64,000 nt of DNA from an uncultured delta proteobacterium (GCA_963704165.1 CAVPHD010000001.1:416001-480000); one strand, 5' to 3'. Shown: positions 9,698 through 20,137, counted from the stretch's first letter. Program-made: numbers and translations. The notes: a model not told the origin generated them from the letters alone.

Positions 9698-10066
9698 TCA
9701 CTCGACGATGTCGGACCTCGTGCTCTCGATGAAGCCGACGACGGCTTCGCGCTCGGGCTTGGGAACGTCGAAGGCGTCGAGCGTCGCACGGAGATGCCCG
9801 AGGAACGCGGTCCAGTCGCCCGCGTCGATCTGCATTCCCCGGTGCGCGGTCCGCATGTCCCTCCCGGTGTAGTAGAGCGGGCCACCGGCGTTCGAGCACA
9901 GGAAGTCGATCAGGAGCTGCCTCTCTCGCGCGACGCCATCTGCGCCGCGATGCTTCCAGAAGCGGCCGAGCCGCGAATCCGACTGCAGGCGGGGCAAGAG
10001 GTCGTTCGCGACCGCCGCCACGGCATCGTAACCACCGAGGCGCTCGTACAAGGTTCGCTCGCTCAT
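9698..10066 (-). CDS. Group I truncated hemoglobin
   Basis: TLYERLGG...GGP.YYTGRDM..AH.GM motif; GGAG SD upstream. Confidence 0.9.
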   Translation of the reverse strand: MSERTLYERLGGYDAVAAVANDLLPRLQSDSRLGRFWKHRGADGVARERQLLIDFLCSNAGGPLYYTGRDMRTAHRGMQIDAGDWTAFLGHLRATLDAFDVPKPEREAVVGFIESTRSDIVE

Positions 10067-10222
10067 GGTGTTGACTCCGATCTGGGCCCGAATGGCCGGA
10101 CTCGTCGATTCTAGACCCTCGCCACCCAACTCGGTTGCGGACCAAATGCTCTGTTCAGATCCGTGCGCTTGCCTAGACTCGGCGAGACACGTCAGGCGCC
10201 GTGCGCAGGAGGCACCCATCGA

Positions 10223-10741
10223 ATGAACTCGACACTCTTTCGTGTTTCAGGCGGTATCGTCGCCGCCCTGGTCCTCGCCCTCGCCGCGCTGGTCGTCGGC
10301 GCGCGCTTCGCCGACGGTCCTCTCGCCCTCGTCGCGGGCGGCCCCTTCAGGAGCGGGGAACTCGTGACCGGCCCCGAGCCGGACTGGTCGTTCGTGCGCG
10401 AGATCCGCGAGGTGGAGTTCCAGCTTCTCGACCCGGCGCGCTCGCGCACGACCTGGATCCTCGATCACGAAGGCAAGGCCTACATCCCGAGCGGCTACAT
10501 GACCACGTGGTGGGGACGGATCTGGAAGCAGTGGCCGGCGGAGGCCGAGAAGGATGGACGAATCCTGCTGCGCGTCGGCGACCGGCTCTACGAGCGACAG
10601 CTCGTGCGAGTCGAGGAGGGGCCGATGATCGAGCCGCTCCTCTCGCAGCTCGGCGAGAAGTATGTCGGAGGCAGCGAGATACCGCTCGATGCCGTGACAT
10701 CGGGATACCTCTGGATCTTCGAGCTGGCGCCGCGACGCTGA
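10223..10741 (+). CDS. Membrane-anchored hypothetical protein (possible split-barrel flavin-binding-like fold)
   Basis: N-terminal TM helix, AGGAGG SD, coding-like composition; fold guess is weak. Confidence 0.6.
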   Translation: MNSTLFRVSGGIVAALVLALAALVVGARFADGPLALVAGGPFRSGELVTGPEPDWSFVREIREVEFQLLDPARSRTTWILDHEGKAYIPSGYMTTWWGRIWKQWPAEAEKDGRILLRVGDRLYERQLVRVEEGPMIEPLLSQLGEKYVGGSEIPLDAVTSGYLWIFELAPRR

Positions 10742-10748
10742 CCGACGT

Positions 10749-12052
10749 TCACTGCAGGCCGTAGCGGCGGAGCTTCTTGTACAGGCACTCGCGCGTGATG
10801 CCGAGCTCGCGCGCGGTGACGACGCGGCGGTTCGCGTTGCGTTCGAGCGATCGGGACAGGTACCAGGATTCGAAGCGCGCGACGGCTTCGCGGAGCGTCT
10901 CGCTCTGCACGTCGCGCGGCAGGCCGGGCGCGACGCCGCGAAGCTGGGGGAGAGCATGCGCGCGGTGATCTCGGCGCCGCCTTCGGCATGCGTGACGATC
11001 CGCGCGACCTCGTTCTCGAGCTCGCGGACGTTTCCGGGCCACGGATAGGTCTCGAGCAATCGCCGCGCGTCGGACGCGACACGATGCAGCCGCGCAGCGT
11101 CGGGGCTGGCTTCGAGGAACTGTACGACGAGCGGAACGATGTCTTCCGTGCGCGAGCGCAGCGGCGGCAATGCGATCGGGAACACGTTGAGCCGGAAGTA
11201 GAGATCGCGCCGGAAGCGCGCGCAATCGACCTCGTGAGCGAGATCGCGATTGGTCGCGGCGACGATGCGCACGTCCACGCGGCGTCTCGCGCTGCGCGCC
11301 GAGCGCGCGAACCACTCCCTCCTGGAGCACGCGCAGGAGCTTGACCTGGAAGCCGAGCGACGTCTCGCCGATCTCGTCGAGGAAGAGCGTGCCGCCGTTC
11401 GCCGCCACGAAGTGACCCGGACGCGCGCGGCTCGCGCCGGTGAACGCGCCGCGATCGTGGCCGAAGAGCTCGCTCTCGAGCAGGGTCTCGGGAAACGCCG
11501 CGCAGTTGATCGCGACGAACGGCCCTGCGAGCGCCGCCCGCCCTCGTGCAGCGCGCGTGCGATCACCTCCTTGCCCGTCCCGGTTTCGCCGAGCAGAAGC
11601 ACGGTCGCGTCGCTGGACTGCGCCTTGCGAACGAGCTCGAGACAGGAGCGCATGCTCGGGCTGCGCGCGACGATCGCTCCGGCGGCCCGAAGCGGCGGCG
11701 CGGGTTCGCGCGTTCGGAACAGCTCGTCGACGCGAGCGCGCAGACTCGCGGGAGTCGAGGCATCGCGGACGACGATCTCCTGCACACCGCAAGCGAAGAG
11801 CTCCGACGCACGCTCGACATCGGACGTATCGACCACGGCGATCACCGGGAGCCGGTTCCGGCGCCGGCGCAGCCAACGCGCGTCGGAGAGCGCGGATTCG
11901 ACCTGCCGGTGATCGAGACAGATCGCGCGGTAGCCGTTCGACCCGAGCGCCGTCGCCGCGTGCTCTCGATCCGCGACGGTTGAACGCAGCTCGCGATCCG
12001 CCGTCGCATCCGAGGTCGCGACATCCGAGAGAACCAGGATCCCTTCGTCCAT
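10749..12052 (-). CDS. Sigma54-dependent Fis-family transcriptional activator (3 apparent frameshifts)
   Basis: [61 protein letters not shown] and C-terminal HTH spread over two frames; shifts near 11521, 11281 and 10948. Confidence 0.85.
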
Positions 12053-12195
12053 GACTGCTCCTCCATCCGGAGCGATCCGAGAGAGCAAGTCACGTGCCCG
12101 CATTCACGGGATCGCGCAGGCGACTCACCCGGCGCGATGCGTCTCGAGCCGCGCGCATGGTCGCCAGAGCTGGCCGGGTCGGTGCGCGGGGCGAC

Positions 12196-12816
12196 TCAGG
12201 TGATCGAGCTGCGGACGAGCTCGACGAGCTCCGCGAGCCCGTGGGATGCGAAGAAGTGGTCGGCCTTCGGAATCACGTCGAGGTTCACGTTCACCATGTC
12301 ATCGAGCAGCGCCGAGAGCTGACCGATCGGCGCGAACGCATCGCGCCCGCCGACGATCACGTGGATCGGCCCGCTGAATTCGTCGAGCGGAAGTGACTCG
12401 ATCATCGAGATCGGAGGCGCGACCAGGATCAGCTCGACGACGCGCGGATCGCGCAGGCCGACGCGCGCCGCGGTCGCGGCACCGAACGAGTAACCGGCGG
12501 CGATCACCGGCGCACCGGTGGTCTCGGACACCTGCTCGAGAGCGGCGAGGTAATCCTCGTCGGCCTCTCGCGCGGACCCGCTGATCACGCCCTGACTCGC
12601 ACCCACACCGCGCCAGTTGAAGCGCAGCGATGCGACGCCCGCTTTGTGCAGCGCGTAGGCGAGCTCGCTCACGACCGGATTCTCGAGACTCCCGCCGTAC
12701 TCCGGATGTGGCGGCGCGATCACGGCACCGCGGCTGTCACCCTTCTGCCACACGCCCTCGAGCACGAGCCCGGCGTCCGGCACGACGATCGGAACCATCT
12801 GCTCCTTCCACGCCAT
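12196..12816 (-). CDS. Alpha/beta fold hydrolase
   Basis: PHPEYGGSLEN, RFNWRGVGASQG, GYSFG nucleophile elbow, D and ADHFF triad residues. Confidence 0.85.
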   Translation of the reverse strand: MAWKEQMVPIVVPDAGLVLEGVWQKGDSRGAVIAPPHPEYGGSLENPVVSELAYALHKAGVASLRFNWRGVGASQGVISGSAREADEDYLAALEQVSETTGAPVIAAGYSFGAATAARVGLRDPRVVELILVAPPISMIESLPLDEFSGPIHVIVGGRDAFAPIGQLSALLDDMVNVNLDVIPKADHFFASHGLAELVELVRSSIT

Positions 12817-12822
12817 CGGCCT

Positions 12823-14107
12823 TCAGACTAGCGCGCGTGCGAGCGACTCGGCCCCCGGTGGAGCGAGCCCGAGCTCCCGCGCGAGCGCCTCGGGGCTGTA
12901 GCTGGTGCCGGTGTTCCAGAGCTCGAGCAGAAGCTCGCCGGCGGGACGGCTCGCCCACCAGCGCATCCCGAAGCGATCGCGCAGCTGGCGCACGAGCTCG
13001 AACGCGACCGCCTGCGCGCGCAGGACGTCGACCGTGTGGAGCCGCGCGGAGCACTCGAGCAGGAAATCCGCCTCGTTCGCAGAACGCCCGAGCGCGTCTT
13101 CGAGGTGCTCGGCGTACATCGACTCGAGACCGTGCGGATCCGCGCCGGGAGCGAGATCGGCGAGCGCCAGCTCGACCGCGACCCGGGCCGCCGTCCGGCG
13201 CGCCGCGACCCGCCGCCGCGCGCGCATCACCGCGCCGAACTCCTCGACCCGCCCGCCGACCAGACCCGAGTCGGCGAAGCTCGGCTCGGCCAGGATCGCC
13301 GGGAGCACGAAGCGCCACACAGCGCCGCTCGCCGGATCGCCGAGCACGCGCTGCTCGAGCGGAAGTGCTTCGGACGTGAATGCGGCGTGCAGCGCCTCGC
13401 CGGCGGCGGCAAAGAGAGCCTCGAGCGCGGGAAGACCCGCGATCGAGCTGTACACGAGGTGAACCTCGCCCGGCACGCGCGGCGCGCTCGCGAACGCGAG
13501 ACCACCTGCGGGCGCGGACGCGGCGATCCGGAGTCCGGGAGCGCGCTCGAGTGGGATGCCCAATTCCGCGAGCGCGTGGTCGAGCGCGGGCCGCATCCGC
13601 GAAGCGGTGAGCAGCTCGTCCCAGGCGAGCGGACGCAACGAGCGCTCCGCGTCGCGCGCGGCCGAACGGGTCGCAGCCAGCAGCGCCTGCGCCTGCGCAG
13701 CCCAGAAATCGTAGTCCACCCCGGGCCGCTGCGACTCGGCAAACGCACGGGCGTTGGCGAAGCCGAGCGTGGCGAGCACCTCGCTCTCGCGCGCGACGAG
13801 CTCCTCGCGCAGCGCCACGGCATCGGGCCGGGCGCGCGCGTCCGCGGCCAGCGCGCGCGTGTTTCGCGCGAGCACCGCGGCTCGCACGGCGGCGATCATC
13901 CGGGCACGCCGCTCGCGTGAAGCTTCGAAGTGCGAAGAGGCGGCCTCCGCCTCGAGCTCGCGAAGCGCGTCACCGCTCGCTCACGTCGAGGTGGTCCTCG
14001 TCCGCGCGCTCGAAGTCGAGCTCGGCGCTTCGCCCGGCACGAAAGTCGAGGAGAACCCGGACACGGGCTTCGCGCAGGGATTCGTAGCGGGCACGCAGAT
14101 CCGTCAT
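12823..14107 (-). CDS. Hypothetical M3-oligopeptidase-like protein with degenerate zinc motif (1 apparent frameshift near 13978)
   Basis: Upstream MTDLRARYESLREARV... segment joins the 12823..13899 ORF by one frameshift; C-terminal FG.RWW...AGELL.ELW..G motif. Confidence 0.55.
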
Positions 14108-14140
14108 GGCGCGGGGATTCTAGGCTACGCTGCCGACCGG

Positions 14141-14689
14141 ATGAGCGATGGCGACGACAGCGCGGAGTTGATCGCGCGGCGTGTGCTCTGGCAGGGCAGC
14201 GTCGGCTCGTTCGGTCTGGATTCGGTCGTCCTTCCGAGTGGGCGGAGGGCGGAGCTCGCGATCCTGAAGCACCCGGGCGCCGCGGCCGTCGTCCCGTTTC
14301 TCGATCGCGAGAGGATCGTTTTGCTGCGCCAGTTCCGGCACGCCGCGGGCGGAACGATCTGGGAGGTTCCGGCCGGCAAGCTCGACGCCGACGAGGATCC
14401 GGCGGCCTGCGCCGCGCGCGAGCTCGCCGAGGAGACCGGCTATCGCGCGGGACGGATCGAGCGCACGGGCGCGATCTTCACCACACCCGGGTTCACCGAC
14501 GAGCGGATCCACCTCTTCGCGGCCTTCGATCTCGTGTCCGGCCCGACCGCGCACGAAGGAAACGAGGTGATCCGCTGCGAAGTCCTGCCGCTCGCCCGCG
14601 CGCTCGCGATGATCGACTCGGGTGAGATCAGCGATGCCAAGACGATCGCCGCGTTGTTCCTCGCCTCGCGGCGACTCGGCAAGGGATGA
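14141..14689 (+). CDS. NUDIX hydrolase (ADP-ribose pyrophosphatase-like)
   Basis: HPGAAAV, RQFR, Nudix box PAGKLD..E....CAARELAEETG, TPGFTDE, DAKT. Confidence 0.9.
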   Translation: MSDGDDSAELIARRVLWQGSVGSFGLDSVVLPSGRRAELAILKHPGAAAVVPFLDRERIVLLRQFRHAAGGTIWEVPAGKLDADEDPAACAARELAEETGYRAGRIERTGAIFTTPGFTDERIHLFAAFDLVSGPTAHEGNEVIRCEVLPLARALAMIDSGEISDAKTIAALFLASRRLGKG

Positions 14690-15591
14690 CGGCGCCGCTC
14701 GGGGTTGCGCTGACCGCGCACTGGCTTCGGCTCGACGCGGTGCTTCGACTGGTGCGGCGGGCCGAGGCGCTCGGCTACTCGCTCGTGCTGGTCGACGGCG
14801 ACGCGGCGATCGCGGAATCGCAGCCGGAGCGGCCGATCTACGACGCCACCGCGCTCACCGCTGCCGCCGCGCTCTCGACCGAGCGCGTGCGGATCGGGGC
14901 GATCCACTTCCCGCTGCTCTGGAACGCGCTCTTGCTCGCGCGAAACCTGGCGACGCTGCAGGAGCTCGCCGGCGGAAGGCTGATCGGCGTCTTCGGCGTG
15001 GGCGCGAAGCGCGCGTCGCATCGCCTCGGACTGCCCGAGCCCGACGGCGCGGAGCGCGTCGCTCGGCTCGCCGAGATGCTCGACGTGGTTCGCGCGCTTC
15101 TCGCGGGACAGACGGTGACACGAAGTGGCAGGTTCACCTCGCTCGCGCGCGCGAGCATCACGCTGTCGAGCACGCCGGTGCCGATCGCGGTCTCTGCCGC
15201 GGGAGAGAAGGCACTCGACGTCGTGCGCGAGCACGCGGACATCTGGGATGCCAACGTCCCTCCGCTGCGGGAACGTCTGCTCCCGCTGCGGGAACGACTC
15301 GGCCGGGCGATCCCGACCTGGTGCTGGGTCTTCTCGCGTCCGGGCGCGAGCTTCGAGGACGCTTCGCGAGCCTATCGCCGTCACGCTCCCTGGTTTCGAG
15401 GCCTCGCGGTGGCCGAGGTCGAGCGCGCGATTCTCTACGGGGACCCCGGGGGCTGTCGCGAGAGGCTGGCCAGGCTGCGCGAGGATCTCGATCTGGCGCT
15501 GCCGATCATCGACCTCACGGGACTCGACGAGGACGATGCGGCTCGCGCGCTCGACGCCCTTGCGCCTGCGGGCGACGCGCGAATTTCGTAG
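14686..15591 (+). CDS. LLM class flavin-dependent oxidoreductase
   Basis: RRAEALGY, LAAA..TERVRIG, LAR.LATL.EL.GGRL..G.G, E.LDVVRALL motifs. Confidence 0.8.
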   Translation: MTAPLGVALTAHWLRLDAVLRLVRRAEALGYSLVLVDGDAAIAESQPERPIYDATALTAAAALSTERVRIGAIHFPLLWNALLLARNLATLQELAGGRLIGVFGVGAKRASHRLGLPEPDGAERVARLAEMLDVVRALLAGQTVTRSGRFTSLARASITLSSTPVPIAVSAAGEKALDVVREHADIWDANVPPLRERLLPLRERLGRAIPTWCWVFSRPGASFEDASRAYRRHAPWFRGLAVAEVERAILYGDPGGCRERLARLREDLDLALPIIDLTGLDEDDAARALDALAPAGDARIS

Positions 15592-15601
15592 GCTCCGGGC
15601 C

Positions 15602-16349
15602 ATGTTCGGGCGCAATCAATACTCGGGCGGCGGCATACGGGGCATGACGCCGATGGTGCAGCGCATCATGATCGCGTGCGGAGTGATATGGCTGCTCCAG
15701 TTCGTGCTCGGCTCGAATGGAATCCCGCTGACGTGGCTCGCCTCGGTCAGCGTGGAGGGCGTCTTCGAGCACGGATACATCTGGCAGCCATTCACGTACA
15801 TGTGGCTGCACTCGACCGACTCGTTCCTGCACCTGGCGATGAACATGTTCGCGCTCTGGATGTTCGGCGGGCAGGTGGAGTCGGCGTGGGGCTCGCAGCG
15901 CTTCCTGCGCTTCTACCTGATCTGCGGAGTGGGCGCGGGCTTCATCATCCTGTTCTGGAATGCGTTCACGGGCGTCAGCGCGATCACGCTCGGCGCCTCG
16001 GGCGTCGATCTACGGTGTGCTGACGGCCTTCAGCCTGCTCTGGCCGGACCGCACGATCATGCTGCTGTTTCCTCCGATCCCGATGCGCGCGATCTGGTTC
16101 ATTCCCATTCTGTTCGCGCTTCAGCTCGTCATGGGCGGGCGGGACGGCGTCAGCAACGTCGGGCACCTCGGCGGCGTGATCGTCGCGGGAATCCTCCTGC
16201 GCAACGAAGTTCAGCGCGTGATCGGGGTACGCTCGCTTCGCTATCGCTGGAATCGGATGCGGATGCGAAACCGGCTCCGCGCCGTGCGCCGGGACGAGTT
16301 CGAGCGCCGGAAGCACGACGACGACGACGATCGGCCGCGTTTCCACTGA
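15602..16349 (+). CDS. Rhomboid family intramembrane serine protease (1 apparent frameshift near 16005)
   Basis: WQPFTYMWLH, HLAMNMFALWMFG, catalytic GASG, then IYGVL...GHLGG in a second frame. Confidence 0.85.
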
Positions 16350-16369
16350 ATCCGTCGGCCTGAATGCCA

Positions 16370-16399
16370 AGGGCCCTGCGACTTTCATCGCAGGGCCCT
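16370..16399 (-). terminator. Perfect 12-bp hairpin between convergent genes (terminator-like)
   Basis: AGGGCCCTGCGA-ctttca-TCGCAGGGCCCT; on the minus strand the loop is a U-G-closed GAAA tetraloop; U-tract weak. Confidence 0.6.
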
Positions 16400-16457
16400 G
16401 GAACCGACCCCTCTCCGACCCCGGCGAGAGCAACGTCGCCTCTCACCGACGGAGCGG

Positions 16458-16487
16458 ATTCTATTTTCGTCGTGCGCGATGTGTCAA
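16458..16487 (-). promoter_or_regulatory. Near-consensus sigma70 promoter TTGACA-N18-TAGAAT
   Basis: Reverse complement of ATTCTA (16458-63) and TGTCAA (16482-87); the -35 box overlaps the methyltransferase stop codon. Confidence 0.6.
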
Positions 16488-17578
16488 ACAGATTCGAGGA
16501 CCGCGATCGTCTCGATGTGGTGCGTCTGTGGAAGCGCATCGAGAACGACGAGTCGCGCGATCCGAAAACCCGATCCGAGGCGCGCGACGTCTCGCGCGAG
16601 CGTCGAGGCTTCGCACGAGACGTAGACGATGCGGCGCGGACGGGCTTCGCGGATCGCATCCAACACCGAACGGTGACAACCGACGCGCGGCGGATTGAGC
16701 AGCACGAGCTCGGGTGCGAGCGAAGCGAGTCCACGCGGCGCCCAGTCCTCGCACGCGGTCTCGACGATCTCGGCTTTGCGCGCGTTCATGCGCGCGTCCC
16801 GCGCCGAGGGCCCGCGCTCCACCGCGACGACGCGGTCGAAGCGCTCCGAGAGCGCCTGCGTGTAGAAGCCGACGCCGCAGTACAGCTCGCAGGCGCGCTC
16901 GCCGCTTCCGCAGGCATCGACGACCAACGCGTGCCAACGCTCCCAGAGCGGCCGATTCGCCTGGAAGAACGCCGTCGGGCCGACCGCGAAGGCGCGGCCT
17001 CCGATCTCGACCCGCTCGCCGTAGCCGCGGATCTCGATCTCGCCCTGGCCTCGCGGTGGCCGGGCCCGAACCCGCGCGAGCTCCGTCTCGGTGGCCGAAT
17101 CGAGAACCGCGCAGCGCTCGATGTCGACGACTTCGTGCGAGCCGTGCGCGCGAAAGCCGACTCGACCCTCTGCGAACGAGATCCGTGCGCGCGAGCGATA
17201 GGCGAGCGCGGCGGGACTCGCGACGTGTTCGATCGCAGGCAGCGCCTCGACCCGACCGATCCTCTTCAACGCCTCGCTCACGATCTCGACTCGCGCGCGC
17301 GACTGCGCGGATTCCTCGAGGTGCAGCCAGGAGCAGCCGCCGCAGCGGCCGTAGTACGGGCACTTCGGCTCGCGCCGCGCCGGGCCCGACTCGATCAGCG
17401 CTTCGATCTCGGCGCGGGCGAAGCGGGGCTCGAGACGCGTGATGCGTGCGCGCACGCGATCTCCGGGCGCGGACTTCGGCACGAACACCGTGAGTCCGTC
17501 GACGTGCGCGACGCCGTCGCCGCCCGCGGCGAGGCGCTCGATCTCGAGCTCCAGCTCCGATCCGACTCGCGCGCTCAA
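16484..17578 (-). CDS. TRAM-domain RNA m5U methyltransferase (RlmD/TrmA family)
   Basis: N-terminal TRAM, CPYYGRCGGC Fe-S motif, FFQAN, ELYCGVG, NPPR.G, YVSC, PQTHHIE. Confidence 0.9.
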   Translation of the reverse strand: MSARVGSELELEIERLAAGGDGVAHVDGLTVFVPKSAPGDRVRARITRLEPRFARAEIEALIESGPARREPKCPYYGRCGGCSWLHLEESAQSRARVEIVSEALKRIGRVEALPAIEHVASPAALAYRSRARISFAEGRVGFRAHGSHEVVDIERCAVLDSATETELARVRARPPRGQGEIEIRGYGERVEIGGRAFAVGPTAFFQANRPLWERWHALVVDACGSGERACELYCGVGFYTQALSERFDRVVAVERGPSARDARMNARKAEIVETACEDWAPRGLASLAPELVLLNPPRVGCHRSVLDAIREARPRRIVYVSCEASTLARDVARLGSGFRIARLVVLDALPQTHHIETIAVLESV

Positions 17579-18465
17579 GGCCCCGGCGAGACGGTGCGTC
17601 GCGCGCTGCCCACGCGCAGCTCGACCGCGCCGGGATCGATGCGATGGACGAGCACGCCGGCGATGATGTCACCCTCGTGCGCTTCGGGTGCGTTCTGCCG
17701 CTCGAAGCGGAGGTTGGCGACGCGCCGCTCGGGGCTCGGATGCCAACGAATGCTCACCACCTGTACGTCGGGGAACGCGCTCTGCGGCGCATCGCGCTCC
17801 GTTTCGCGTTCGGTCGAACGCTTCGCCACCGGCGCGACGTCGGGCTTCGGGCGAGCGGCGGGCTTCGGCCTCGCACTCTGCGCGGGCGGCGCCGGCGGCG
17901 GCCGTTCGACTTCGACCACGGGTGCGGGCGGCTCCGGCTTCGCCGATGCGCGCTGAGCCGCTTCCGCTCGCTCCCGATCGGCCTGACGCTGTGCCTCCTG
18001 CGCGGCGCGGGCGTTGACGAGCGCGGCCTCGAGGCGTGCGCGCTCCGCGGCGATCTCGGGCGAGTCGGTCTGCGCGGTCGGAGCCTTCATCGCCGATTCA
18101 CCGTCGGGGAGCGCCGGACGCGCGAGCTTCGCGCGAGGCTTCGCGACCTCCGCGCGCGCGGCCGCCGCCTCTTGCTCGAGGACCTCGCGTTCGACCTCGG
18201 CGAGCTCCGCATCCGTCGCGACCCGGTCTTCGCCCGATTCCTCCGTGCCGAAGACATCGAGGCCGCCGCTCGAGTACAGCCACCCGCCCGCACCGCTGAT
18301 CGCAAGGAGCAGGATCCCCGCGACGACCCAGCGCGAAACCCCACGTCGCCGACGCGCGGGCGGTGAAGGAGTCTCGTTGGTGACCGAGCCACGCAGGTCG
18401 GCGGAAGGACTCTGTGCCGAGCGCTCCCGCTGCAGCTTGCGAAGCGCGTCGAGAATCGTGCTCAT
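17575..18465 (-). CDS. ExeB/GspB-like membrane protein
   Basis: MSTILDALRKLQRER N-terminus, single TM, Pro/Ala linker, C-terminal EGD.I.G..V..I domain; overlaps the exeA stop codon. Confidence 0.7.
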   Translation of the reverse strand: MSTILDALRKLQRERSAQSPSADLRGSVTNETPSPPARRRRGVSRWVVAGILLLAISGAGGWLYSSGGLDVFGTEESGEDRVATDAELAEVEREVLEQEAAAARAEVAKPRAKLARPALPDGESAMKAPTAQTDSPEIAAERARLEAALVNARAAQEAQRQADRERAEAAQRASAKPEPPAPVVEVERPPPAPPAQSARPKPAARPKPDVAPVAKRSTERETERDAPQSAFPDVQVVSIRWHPSPERRVANLRFERQNAPEAHEGDIIAGVLVHRIDPGAVELRVGSARRTVSPGP

Positions 18466-20072
18466 GGCGCGTGCTCGAGGTCGAAGAGCCGCGGGGTCGT
18501 GTAGCCGAGCGCCTGGTAGAGCGCGACCAGTGTCGCCGGACCGAGCTCGTCGGACGGCTCCAGCCCGTTCGCAAGTTGAAATGCGCGCACGGCCGTCGTC
18601 GTGAGCTCGTCGAACTCCTCGGTCGCGTCGCCGCGCTGCAGATATCCGAGCTCCGCGAGCCGCGCCTGAAGCCATCGGATCGCGCGCCCCCTCATGCCGG
18701 GCGCGAGCACGGGCAACGACTCGAAATTGGTCCACAGATAGAACGCGCGACCGGTCCAGCTCTGCTCGAGCTCGGCGAGAGGGCGCTCGACCGTCTCGCC
18801 CGCGATTCGCAGCTGTGCTCCACCCGACTCGTCCAGTCCGATCAGTGCGACGTACCGATGCTCGCTCTCACCCTCGTTCGGTTCGAGCTCGAGCACGGCC
18901 GGAAGATCCAGACTCGTGAGCATCTGCGTGGTCCCGCGCACGGGAAGTACGCTGAGCGGAGCGATCGCGGCGACGGCGTCGGGATACCGATCGGGGTCGA
19001 GCTCGGTGCCGATCGGCTGCTCGTAACCCCAGGTCGAGAGCAGCGCCTGCATCGCCTCGGCGGCGCTCGTGCGCGAGCTCCGCCCGTCGAGCCGCGTGGA
19101 CGGTCCGGGCGCGGACGAGACGGGCGCGGTCGACGTCGCCGCACTCTGCGACGGCGGCTCGCGCGGCGTGACGGCAGTGACGGCGAGTCCGATGACGAGC
19201 CCGAGCACCACGAGTCCGAGCGCGATCGGAAGGCGCAGACCGGTCAGCTCGCGGAAGCCCGAAAGCTCCGCCGCCGGGAGCTCGCGCGCCGCGCGGCGCA
19301 CGAGCTTCGCGTCGATCTGTCTAGCGCCCTGGGAGTAACCGGCGAGCAGCGCGCGGTCGGCGACCGCGTTGATCAGGCGCGGAATTCCCCGCGAGACGCG
19401 CGTGATCGCACGCACCGCTCGCGACGTGAAGATCTGCGGATCGGCCGAGCCGGCGACCCGAAGCCGGTGCTCCAGATACTCGCCAACCTCGCCGCGCGAG
19501 AGCGCGCGCAGGTTCCATCTCACCGTGATCCGCTGTCGCAGCTGGCGCAGGTCGGAACGGGCGAGGTTCTCCTCGAGCTCCGGTTGTCCGATCAGCACGA
19601 TCTGCAGCAGCTTCGCGCGATCGGTTTCGAGGTTCGAGAGCAGTCTCACCTGTTCGAGTACCGCGGGGTCGAGATTCTGCGCTTCGTCGATCACGAGCAG
19701 AACGCGTCGGCCGGCGGCGTTCTTCTCGAGCAGGAACTGATTCAGCGATTCGAGCAGCTCGGTTCTCGTTCGCACCGAGGTCGGCAACCCGAACTCGCGA
19801 TTGATCGCGGAGAGCAACTCGAGCTCGCTCGGGCTCGGGTTGAAGATGTAGGCGATCTCGGCGTCCTGGCCGATCCGGCCGAGCAGCGTCCGGCACAAGG
19901 TGGTCTTGCCCGTGCCGACCTGGCCGATCACCTCGATGAAGCCCTCGCCCTCCTCGATCCCATACAGAAGGTGTGCGAGCGCCTCGCGATGAGACGCGGA
20001 GAGAAACAGATAGCGAGGATCCGGCGCGAGCGAGAAGGGCTTCTCGCGAAGGCCGTAGAACCCGGTGTACAT
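18462..20072 (-). CDS. exeA: ExeA/GspA family AAA ATPase with peptidoglycan-binding domain
   Basis: MY..FYGLREKPFSLAPDPRYL, GQVGTGKT, IDEAQNL, GQPEL, QLRQRI, GIPRLIN; C-terminal LQARLAELGY...AVRAFQ..NGL. Confidence 0.9.
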   Translation of the reverse strand: MYTGFYGLREKPFSLAPDPRYLFLSASHREALAHLLYGIEEGEGFIEVIGQVGTGKTTLCRTLLGRIGQDAEIAYIFNPSPSELELLSAINREFGLPTSVRTRTELLESLNQFLLEKNAAGRRVLLVIDEAQNLDPAVLEQVRLLSNLETDRAKLLQIVLIGQPELEENLARSDLRQLRQRITVRWNLRALSRGEVGEYLEHRLRVAGSADPQIFTSRAVRAITRVSRGIPRLINAVADRALLAGYSQGARQIDAKLVRRAARELPAAELSGFRELTGLRLPIALGLVVLGLVIGLAVTAVTPREPPSQSAATSTAPVSSAPGPSTRLDGRSSRTSAAEAMQALLSTWGYEQPIGTELDPDRYPDAVAAIAPLSVLPVRGTTQMLTSLDLPAVLELEPNEGESEHRYVALIGLDESGGAQLRIAGETVERPLAELEQSWTGRAFYLWTNFESLPVLAPGMRGRAIRWLQARLAELGYLQRGDATEEFDELTTTAVRAFQLANGLEPSDELGPATLVALYQALGYTTPRLFDLEHAP

Positions 20073-20137
20073 CGCGTTCGCTCCTAACCCGCCGGGCTTC
20101 GGCGGGTCGTCGGGCAGGGTGATACTCTGCGCCGCGT

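Noticed and set aside
13965..13985. In-frame TGA after the MTDLRARY... segment as a possible selenocysteine codon, given selA in the window
   Set aside because: The protein continues in a different frame, so this is a frameshift rather than readthrough; no Sec-type context
15262..15296. Short direct repeat CCGCTGCGGGAACG x2
   Set aside because: Two copies inside a coding region (PLRER repeat); not an array
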